NCBI GenBank assembly: GCA_052034165.1
Contig: JBPOIW010000061.1
Span: 19,336-83,335 of the forward strand
DNA: 64,000 bases
Origin: Planctomycetota bacterium
Lineage (GTDB): Bacteria > Planctomycetota > Planctomycetia > Planctomycetales > Planctomycetaceae
Reading direction: 5' to 3'
Position numbers and translations under genes: made by a program. This document shows, piece after piece, positions 26,079-33,832 of the stretch (the first letter of the stretch is position 1; each line of letters begins with the position of its first letter). The notes below the pieces were generated by a model. It searched no databases and had not been told where the DNA came from. It saw only the letters and a list, made by a program, of their open reading frames with translations.

Positions 26079-26294
26079 CGTTTGAATCGCAGGTTGAATC
26101 GCAGGTGCTTGGTGCTTGGTGCTTGGTCAAAACGCAGGGGGGAAACGCGGGTCGAAAAAGCAGTCAAAGTACAAGTGCTTGGTGCTTCGTCAAATCTCAG
26201 GTGGTTCGTTGAACCAAGCACCTGTTTTCGACCAAGAACCTGCGACTCAATCAAGCACCAAGGACCAAGCACTAATAACCAAACACAAATCGGC
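26079..26294. repeat. word-repeat array, family B (both orientations)
   Basis: GAATCGCAGGTTGAATCGCAGGTGCTTGGTGCTTGGTGCTTGGTC..., then the right copy of the 68-bp direct repeat, then CACCAAGGACCAAGCAC. Confidence 0.85.
26191..26258. repeat. 68-bp direct repeat, right copy
   Basis: See 25370-25437. The two copies bracket the NTase gene 25491..26078. Confidence 0.85.
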
Positions 26295-26402
26295 CTACAT
26301 TTTGGCAAGGACGGTTTCCTGTTTCTCCAGGTCCAGGTCGTGATCAACCATCAGTTTGGCCAGTCCGGCGAGGTCAGTTCTTGCGGTCCCGCCAGGTTCA
26401 TG
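26295..26402 (-). pseudogene. orphan 3' fragment of a long-type gmd
   Basis: The minus-strand translation [35 protein letters not shown] aligns with the C-terminus of gmd3 ([34 protein letters not shown]). No upstream homology. Confidence 0.7.
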
Positions 26403-26497
26403 GGACGCAGAACTGCCGGAACTTGCTCCGCTCTGTCCGGCCTGTGAACTGCAGATACCGACCTGATGACAAGTCGGCCTAAAGGGTACAGATCGTA

Positions 26498-27508
26498 CTA
26501 CAGTTTTGCCAGCACTGCTTCCTGCTTGGCCAGTTCGAGGTCATGATCAACCATGAGCTTCGCCAGTTGCGCCAGCGATGTCTTTGCGGTCCAGCCGAGT
26601 TTCTGACTGGCCTTAGTGCAGTCACCCAGCAACAGATCCACTTCGGCCGGCCGGAAGTATCGCGGATCAATTTCAATGTACTTCTTTGGATCCAGGTCCA
26701 GCTGCGCGAACACCAGATCAGCAAATTCCTGAACCGTTTGAGTCTTCCCGGTGGCCAGCACAAAGTCATCCGGCTCGGAATGCTGCAGCATCATCCACAT
26801 GCCTTCGACATAGTCCTTCGCATAACCCCAGTCACGTTTTGCTTCCAGATTTCCGAGGTACAGTTTCTCCTGCAACCCCATCTTAATTCGAGTCGCTGCG
26901 CGAGTAATCTTGCGAGTGACGAATGTCTCACCTCGACGCGGACTTTCGTGATTGAACAGAATTCCGTTGACCGCAAACATATCGTACGACTTGCGATAAT
27001 TCACGGTCTGATGGAAGGCAAACACCTTGGCACAACCATAGGGACTCTGCGGCTGAAACGGCGTCTTTTCAGTTTGCGGCGTTTCGAGCACTTCGCCATA
27101 CATCTCGCTTGATGAAGCCTGATAGACCTTCACCAGCTTCTTCTTGTTCAGCTGACGAGCCGCTTCCAGGACGTTCAGAGCACCACCGCCGGTCGCCTGC
27201 AGGGTGTAGACAGGCTGATCAAAAGAGACGCGTACATGACTCTGCGCCCCGAGGTTGTAGATTTCGTCTGGCTCGATATCCAGAATCAGATTGGTCAGAC
27301 TTTGACCATCCGTCAGGTCGCCATAGTGCAATGAGAGCCGCAGGCCGCTCTGGTGAGGATCCTGGTAGATGTGATTGATTCGACCGGTCGTAAATGTGCT
27401 GGCCCGTCGAACCAATCCATGGACGTTGTAGCCTTTCTCAAGGAGCAGTTCCGCAAGATAAGAGCCGTCCTGACCCGTGATTCCGGTGATAAGAGCAGTT
27501 TTTGACAT
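26498..27508 (-). CDS. gmd: GDP-mannose 4,6-dehydratase (long, E. coli-like type), paralog 3
   Basis: [76 protein letters not shown] and [19 protein letters not shown] at 27506-27508. Confidence 0.92.
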   Translation of the reverse strand: MSKTALITGITGQDGSYLAELLLEKGYNVHGLVRRASTFTTGRINHIYQDPHQSGLRLSLHYGDLTDGQSLTNLILDIEPDEIYNLGAQSHVRVSFDQPVYTLQATGGGALNVLEAARQLNKKKLVKVYQASSSEMYGEVLETPQTEKTPFQPQSPYGCAKVFAFHQTVNYRKSYDMFAVNGILFNHESPRRGETFVTRKITRAATRIKMGLQEKLYLGNLEAKRDWGYAKDYVEGMWMMLQHSEPDDFVLATGKTQTVQEFADLVFAQLDLDPKKYIEIDPRYFRPAEVDLLLGDCTKASQKLGWTAKTSLAQLAKLMVDHDLELAKQEAVLAKL

Positions 27509-27605
27509 GGGAGAGATCTGGTTCGCGATATTGAGTGGAGAAAAGAAAGCAGTGGAACTGCGGAACGTATTGAACACTGACCGGCCGTGCCTGCGAAAGA
27601 AAAAC

Positions 27606-28562
27606 TTACGCGGAACGCAATTGCTGGGAACTGGTGGCCTTTAGAAAGTCCTGATAGGCGTCCGCCAGACCGGCCTTCAACGAAATCTGAGGAGCCCAGC
27701 CAGTGGATTTGATTAAACTGATATCGCTGAGCTTGCGGGGAGTTCCATCCGGCTTGGAGAGATCATTCTCAATTTGTCCGGCGTAGCCGATGACTTCAGC
27801 GACCAGCTCCGCCACGCCTCGAATGCTGATTTCCTGACCGCTGCCGATATTGACCAGATCCGGAGGGTCCGCGAGCTCCAACAAGTGAAGAATTCCGGCA
27901 GCCAGATCATCGACATGCAGGAATTCTCGCAACGGAGTTCCGGACCCCCAGATTTTGACGCAGGGAACCTCGGCGACTTTCGCTTCGTGAAAACGACGAA
28001 TCAAAGCCGGAAGAACATGACTGTTGTCCGGATGGTAATTATCTCCCGGACCAAACAGATTCGTGGGCATCGCCGAATGGTACAACACTCCGTATTGGCG
28101 ACGATAATACTGACACAGTTTCAGCCCGGCGATCTTGGCAATCGCATAGGCTTCATTGGTTTGTTCAAGCGGGGATGTCAGCAGACTGTCTTCAGCAATC
28201 GGCTGCGGTGCGAGTCGCGGGTAGATGCAGGTACTGCCGAGAAACAAAAATCTCTGCGTTCCTGTCTGCCACGCGGAATGGACGGCATTGGACGCCATCG
28301 CCAGGTTTTGATAGAGGAACTCGGCCGGATAAGTGCTGTTGGCGTGAATCCCGCCTACCTTTGCCGCCGCAAACACGACAACATCCGGCCGATTGACCGT
28401 GAACCATTGCTGGACCGAGGCCTGGCAGGTCAAATCCAGCTCAGATCGTGAAGCCAGCAACAAGTTGTTGAACCCACGCTGTTGAAGCCGGCGCACAACA
28501 GCGGCCCCCACCATGCCGCGATGACCGGCCACAAAGATTCTGGAAGTCGACGAAAAAGTCAT
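27606..28562 (-). CDS. fcl: GDP-L-fucose synthase (GDP-4-keto-6-deoxymannose 3,5-epimerase/4-reductase)
   Basis: [56 protein letters not shown] and [25 protein letters not shown]. Confidence 0.9.
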   Translation of the reverse strand: MTFSSTSRIFVAGHRGMVGAAVVRRLQQRGFNNLLLASRSELDLTCQASVQQWFTVNRPDVVVFAAAKVGGIHANSTYPAEFLYQNLAMASNAVHSAWQTGTQRFLFLGSTCIYPRLAPQPIAEDSLLTSPLEQTNEAYAIAKIAGLKLCQYYRRQYGVLYHSAMPTNLFGPGDNYHPDNSHVLPALIRRFHEAKVAEVPCVKIWGSGTPLREFLHVDDLAAGILHLLELADPPDLVNIGSGQEISIRGVAELVAEVIGYAGQIENDLSKPDGTPRKLSDISLIKSTGWAPQISLKAGLADAYQDFLKATSSQQLRSA

Positions 28563-28783
28563 TTATGCCCGCACTTGACTCAAAAAAACGCTCAAAAATT
28601 GAAGCCTGTCAATGTCTTATGCTGCGTAAAGCGGTTGACGTTCAGCGCTGATCTGCGCTGGGCGTCCTCCCGGCTGCATTGCATCGTCGCAACCTGACCA
28701 CAAAACTCTGTACAACTCAGAAAATCCAGCAAACTGAAATTGGGGGCCGGAGTATACAAATTGACGCATTCTGACAAATAGCG

Positions 28784-30013
28784 TTAATGGCGGATAACAG
28801 CAGTTTTCAGGACGGCCCGGAATTTTTCGGCCGACTTCTCTCGCGTGAATTCAGAAAGAGCCAGTTTTCGAGCATTTTTGCCCATTTCGCTGATTCCTGA
28901 GGCGTCGTTGGCAGCCCTGCGAATTCCGTCCGCAATCGCTTTGGGCGAACCGGGCTCCACAGTCATTCCGACTTGATATTGGCCCGTCAACGTGGCCAAT
29001 TCACTGTCCGCCGGAGCATTGGTCAGATAGGGTCGGCCGGCGGCCAGGATCCCGTAGAGCTTACTGGGCATGAGACATTGGCTGAGTTCGCGAGTCAGTG
29101 GCACAAGATGGAGGTCAGCCGCGTTCAAGCTGTGAGCCAATTCAGATTTGGGCTGATAATCGAAGAATCGCACGTTGGTCAGATTCTTCCGACGAACCAT
29201 CTCAACAAGGCTTGCGCGTTGCGAACCCTGACCGACAAAGGCAAAGACAACCTGCGGCAAGTCCTGCAACAACTCCGCGGCGACAAGAAATTCCTCAAGT
29301 CTCTGCGTCAGCCCCAGGTTGCCGGAGTACATGACCACGAATTTGTCTTCGAGTCCGTGGCTGACGCGAAAGCGACTGTGTTCGAGCGGACGGACAACTT
29401 CGGGATCAGCCCAGTTGGGGACAATGTCGACCCTGTCACCATCAACACCGCCTGAGACGAGCAGACGCTTCATGTCCTCGCTAAGCACCACCATTCTGTC
29501 GCAGGATCGGTAAACGGAAAACAGTGACTTCCGCAGCCGACGAATCATCCAGTTGTTCGGAACTTTGCCGAGAGCCACGGCCACATCGGGATAGATATCC
29601 TGCAAATAACCCACCATTCTGCATCCGGTTCGCCGCTGTAACCTCCGTGCTTCAAACGGCAGCAGAAACGGGTCCGTCTCGAACACCACAACATCAGGAG
29701 CAGCACAGGATCGCAGGAACCGACGGGTGGCTCTTACAAATGAAACGTAATTGAGCGCCTTCAGCAACATGCGACTCTTGGAGAACTGCGAGTGAGCAAC
29801 GCGGTGAATCGTAACGCCATTGCGTACGGGTTCCTTCTGCCACGGAGTTTCGTCATTTGCATCCCGAACCTGATTGGGCTGACCGGCCACAACGCTGACA
29901 TCGAACGACACCTGCAGAGACTCACAGAGTTCCGTCAGTAACTGACCGGTCGCCTCCACGTCCGGCCAATAAGATCGATTCAGGAAAAGGACTTTGGGGC
30001 GGCTGTTCATCAA
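28784..30013 (-). CDS. glycosyltransferase family 4 (WcaI/WbuB-like)
   Basis: KVLFLNRSYWPDVEATGQLLTELCESL N-terminus, and the C-terminal half has VMYSGNLGLTQRLE...HLVPLTRELSQCLMPSKLYGILAAGRP. Confidence 0.75.
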   Translation of the reverse strand: MMNSRPKVLFLNRSYWPDVEATGQLLTELCESLQVSFDVSVVAGQPNQVRDANDETPWQKEPVRNGVTIHRVAHSQFSKSRMLLKALNYVSFVRATRRFLRSCAAPDVVVFETDPFLLPFEARRLQRRTGCRMVGYLQDIYPDVAVALGKVPNNWMIRRLRKSLFSVYRSCDRMVVLSEDMKRLLVSGGVDGDRVDIVPNWADPEVVRPLEHSRFRVSHGLEDKFVVMYSGNLGLTQRLEEFLVAAELLQDLPQVVFAFVGQGSQRASLVEMVRRKNLTNVRFFDYQPKSELAHSLNAADLHLVPLTRELSQCLMPSKLYGILAAGRPYLTNAPADSELATLTGQYQVGMTVEPGSPKAIADGIRRAANDASGISEMGKNARKLALSEFTREKSAEKFRAVLKTAVIRH

Positions 30014-30123
30014 TCGGTCACTTCAGATTCCAGTGAAGCTCAATCATCACTCAGAGCGGCCAACAAAACATGCGTAGTGGCTCGTCAAGTTTTGATTTGG
30101 GGGTTACGGTGGATCCCATTTTC

Positions 30124-30167
30124 GCCGACGGAGCGGCGAAACTACGTAGTCGAGCCGCTCCGTCGGC
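30124..30167. repeat. perfect 14-bp inverted repeat hairpin
   Basis: GCCGACGGAGCGGC (30124-30137) and GCCGCTCCGTCGGC (30154-30167). The outer TTTGGGGGTT...AACCCCAAA arms extend the structure. Confidence 0.8.
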
Positions 30168-30210
30168 TCGCATTGAACCCCAAATCTTGTTCTTGACAGA
30201 ACAGGAGGTA

Positions 30211-30332
30211 TCCGGATTCGTGAGAACTTGGAGCGGTTTCTGAGCTCTTACGAGCTCAGCTACGGTGTTGGTTTCTGAGCTCTCACGAGCTCAGCTACGG
30301 TGTTGTTTCTCAGCTCTCACGAGCTCAGCTAC
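30211..30332. repeat. GNRA-loop hairpin family: one plus-sense copy and three tandem minus-sense copies (period ~35 nt)
   Basis: CCGGATTC-GTGA-GAACTTGG, then CTGAGCTC-TTAC-GAGCTCAG-CTAC, CTGAGCTC-TCAC-GAGCTCAG-CTAC and CTCAGCTC-TCAC-GAGCTCAG-CTAC. Confidence 0.85.
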
Positions 30333-30825
30333 GGTTTTGCTACGGGCTCTTAGCTCAGAAGCCAAGTCCGGTTTTCGTCGCCCATCGATGCACTTCGTTC
30401 CTCTGGGTGACATCTTTTTACGCCACACATGAGCGACGCAGGCCCGTCTCACTCCGACCTTATTTTTCACGTGCAAACAGAGCCATAACAAGCACATCTC
30501 GCGCCAATTCATTGAGTGGCCTGCAATGATCAACGTTTGGGGGTCGAGGCGAGCCGATGGAGCGGCCTGGTTACTTAGCCTCTAATCACTGAGGCCCGGC
30601 CTGATACCAGCGTAACACCGGGATGTTGACGTCATCAGCCGATGGGCACTGGCCCCGGTCGAAATTCCCTGCATCTCCGACGAACTAACCGCGGCTAACA
30701 GACTATTGATTTAATCAGTCGGAACGGGTTAGCAGGCTGTCGATTTAGGCAAGCCGCGGGTGTTGTTTGCCCGATTTCGCCTTCGCCTGCGGCTCGCCGT
30801 TAAACCAAAACGCCCAATCAACCAC

Positions 30826-31010
30826 TAAGAACGGCTAACAAAACCGTAGCTGGGCTCGTGAGAGCTCAGGAACGTCTCCGAATTCTCACGAATTCGGCTA
30901 CTTGAGTAAGAACGGCTGACAAAACCGTAGCTGAGCTCGTGAGAGCTCAGAAACACCTCCGAATTCTCGCGAATCCGGCTACTTGAGTAAGTTTTGTTAG
31001 GCGTTCTAAA
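30826..31010. repeat. two tandem 81-bp units, each with a pair of GNRA-loop hairpins, bounded by inverted AGAACGSCTAACAAAAC arms
   Basis: Each unit is TAAGAACGGCT(A/G)ACAAAACC-GTAG-CTG(G/A)GCTC-GTGA-GAGCTCAG-(8 nt)-CCGAATTC-TC(A/G)C-GAAT(T/C)CGG-CTAC-TTGAG. The inverted GTTTTGTTAGGCGTTCT closes the array at 30991-31007. Confidence 0.85.
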
Positions 31011-31083
31011 TCAACAGCCTCAAGAAGCCAACGCAGCCTGGACTTCACGTTGAGACGACCTGCTGCCTCGCAATTAACGAACC

Positions 31084-33411
31084 TCAGGAGACTGAAGAAT
31101 CGTTAAGATTGTCGGATGTCGATCCCGTCAATTCTCCGGCATGATCATCGGCGTAGTACTCTCGGCCATCTTTACTGCCGTATTCGCCGTACTTGTAGTT
31201 GTAGTTCTTGTAATAGTATCGGTAGTCAGAATAACGGTAGTTGCCATAACCGTAAGCGTCTCGTTCTTCCACACCGTTGATCACAATCCCTGAGAGCGTT
31301 GCCCCGATATCACGCAGTTGCTCAATCGTTCGCCGGCCCAGATCACGCGTATGACGACTCAAACGCATGCACACCAGAACTCCGTCGACTCGAGCAGCCA
31401 CTCCGCACGGGTCCGTCACAGCAAGCACAGGAGGCGTATCGATGATGATATACTCGAACTTCTCTCGAAGCACTTGAAGAATCTGTTCGAATTGAGGACG
31501 AGCCAGCAACTCCGCCGGGTCTTTAGGACGTCTACCGCAAGGCAAAACAAAGAAATCGGAAACTGTGGTTTCCTGAATGGCATCCGTTAGCTCAGCATCG
31601 CCTCGCAATACGTCCACAAAACCAATCTTATTCTCGACTCCCGTCAATTTATGCACTTTGGGACGACGGAAGTCACTCTCGACCAGAACAGTCCGTTTTC
31701 CAGACTGAGCAAGGGACAGAGCCAAATTAAGAGCCAAGGTCGACTTTCCATCACCAGCGGCCGGACTTGTCACAGAGAGCACTCGATGACTAACGCCCAG
31801 TGCGCTAAAGCAAATGGCCGTCCGCACAGCGCGGTAGGCTTCTGCCGGCCTTGATCGCGGCAAATGCACGGAAACAGCCGTACGATCCATCAGAATCCCA
31901 TCAGGGACAGATTTCAAACGCTGCTCGGAGATGTAGGGAACGTGCCCAATGATTGGCACACCAAACTCCCGAATTATATCCTCCGGCTTGCGGAAGCTGC
32001 GGTCGGCAATCTCCACAAGGTAACCCAAGGAAAGACCGACAAATGCCCCCAAGAAAGCCCCCAGGCCCAAAAACTGGCTTAGCTTTGGAAACACAAGGTA
32101 ACCATAGCGAGCCGGAGTAAGAATCTGGGCTTTTACACCGCCCAAGTCGGCCATCACTTTGGTTTCCCGCATCTGTGCGAGCACGTCTTCAAAAAGCTTC
32201 TTCAGCCTGTCGATTTCACTGAGGCGAGAACGATCTTCATTCTCATCGCTCCCCAATGCCCTCGCCAGTCGCTCGGATTCATCAGCCTGCACCTTAAGCT
32301 CAGTCGCTTCTTTTTCGACCGACAGCAGCTCCTGTCGCAAAGACTGGACATAGACAGAAATAAAATCCTGCTGTGGAGCGTCTGTCTCATTCGGAGTGAT
32401 CCCGGCCAGAGACTCTGAGTGCTCTCGAACGAACCGAATCCTGCGATTGATCGCGGCAACCTTCGGGTGATCTTTGCCAAGCTTCTCCTCTAAGTCCGCT
32501 TGCTCGATCAGTAGCGGGAACAACGCATCCAGCATACTCTTTCCATTGGCGAACGCCTTTTCGGCATTCTTATTGGTCGCATCGCCTGCAGCGTTATTCT
32601 GGTTGGTTTTTCCGATCATCAGCAACAGCGCCTCGCGCGAACTCCCTGTTCTCATGGCTTCCTCGAGTGTCGCCAGCTCTGCCTGAAGTGCCGTTTGTCG
32701 CAACGACAGGGCAGACAACTGAGACAACAAAGCCTGCTGACGCTCACGATGCGGGTTCTTGCCATCGCTCATCAAGCCGGACTTGCCTCGGAACTCATTG
32801 TACTCCTGCTCCTTTTGCCGCAGCTCAGTATGAAGCTCTTCACGCGCACGCGTGAGCAAACTTTCCAGCTCACCGCGCGCATCCTTGTAATTCTCCATCT
32901 GCTTGCTGACGTATTCCGTCGCCACAGCATTCGCAATCCTTTCAATCTCGTCCGCACGCGACCCTTCAACCGAGATATCAACTACACTGGTATTCACAGT
33001 CCCGGTCTTCACCTTCAGCATACCGGCGATACGGTCAGCCGCCTGTTCTTCAGTGAGCCCACTCAGCAAAGACAACTGAGACAGTTCATGCTTTGAATAG
33101 GCCGGAATCAGAATACTTGGACTGGAGATAACGTAGGCCGCATCAAGCAAATCCCGATCAGACAGCATTCCGTCAAGCTTGGAATCGGAATGCCGGTGAA
33201 TCACCTGTACCAATGCCGAAGAGCGATAGTTGGGGATTTGACGGTGAAACAAAAGGTAGCCCAGGAATGTCCCCAGCAGGGCAAACACAATAACAAACGA
33301 CTTCCTGCGTTTGACGAAGCCCCAGACATCCAATCCGGCCTCCTGTTCTTCCAGATTATTGGCGGGGCCTGAAGTCGCTCCAAACATCCCAGGTATTGCA
33401 CCAGACGCCAT
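31084..33411 (-). CDS. polysaccharide co-polymerase / tyrosine autokinase (Wzc/GumC-type)
   Basis: N-terminal Wzz-like domain with a coiled coil. The C-terminal kinase has Walker A SPAAGDGKST, VLVESDFRRP and Walker B IIIDTPPVL, plus a Tyr-rich tail YGYGNYRYSDYRYYYKNYNYKYGEY. Confidence 0.85.
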   Translation of the reverse strand: MASGAIPGMFGATSGPANNLEEQEAGLDVWGFVKRRKSFVIVFALLGTFLGYLLFHRQIPNYRSSALVQVIHRHSDSKLDGMLSDRDLLDAAYVISSPSILIPAYSKHELSQLSLLSGLTEEQAADRIAGMLKVKTGTVNTSVVDISVEGSRADEIERIANAVATEYVSKQMENYKDARGELESLLTRAREELHTELRQKEQEYNEFRGKSGLMSDGKNPHRERQQALLSQLSALSLRQTALQAELATLEEAMRTGSSREALLLMIGKTNQNNAAGDATNKNAEKAFANGKSMLDALFPLLIEQADLEEKLGKDHPKVAAINRRIRFVREHSESLAGITPNETDAPQQDFISVYVQSLRQELLSVEKEATELKVQADESERLARALGSDENEDRSRLSEIDRLKKLFEDVLAQMRETKVMADLGGVKAQILTPARYGYLVFPKLSQFLGLGAFLGAFVGLSLGYLVEIADRSFRKPEDIIREFGVPIIGHVPYISEQRLKSVPDGILMDRTAVSVHLPRSRPAEAYRAVRTAICFSALGVSHRVLSVTSPAAGDGKSTLALNLALSLAQSGKRTVLVESDFRRPKVHKLTGVENKIGFVDVLRGDAELTDAIQETTVSDFFVLPCGRRPKDPAELLARPQFEQILQVLREKFEYIIIDTPPVLAVTDPCGVAARVDGVLVCMRLSRHTRDLGRRTIEQLRDIGATLSGIVINGVEERDAYGYGNYRYSDYRYYYKNYNYKYGEYGSKDGREYYADDHAGELTGSTSDNLNDSSVS

Positions 33412-33832
33412 AAATGTACCTTTAAAAGCTCCATGCCCGTGGATGATCCCCCTGCATCCGCCAAATTCGGTGCTTCCACGGCTTTAAGGCGGATTCTTTT
33501 ACGTCCTTCTATTTTGCCCGCAAGTCATATGAGTTTCTACAAACGATCCTGAATTTCAGACGGACTTAGCAAACTACGGGCAACAATCACTTTTGAGACA
33601 GGGCGTTGCATTCTCGCAACAACTCCCAGACCTCACATTTCACCCATCATCATCGCCATGGACCGAAAGGATCGCACGCCAGAAAGGCAGAATCGCCACA
33701 CACCGGCGTATCGGGAATTACCGCTTTGCGGTCCTTCGCCAGTCGAATGCGATCAAACCCATGATTTGATGCCCGCCGGCATGGCATCAGTATTCGCGAA
33801 ACGCAACGTCGGCCGACGAGGCAGGAGAACCA

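Noticed and set aside
17137-26295. Could the word arrays be CRISPR arrays?
   Set aside because: There is no constant 25-40-nt repeat alternating with unique spacers. The arrays are tandem degenerate 8-mers with variable order, they contain protein genes between them, and no cas genes are present.
17137-26295. Classical integron cassette array
   Set aside because: There is no intI integrase or attI. The inter-gene sequences are long low-complexity word arrays rather than single imperfect-palindrome attC sites. Some cassettes contain two genes.
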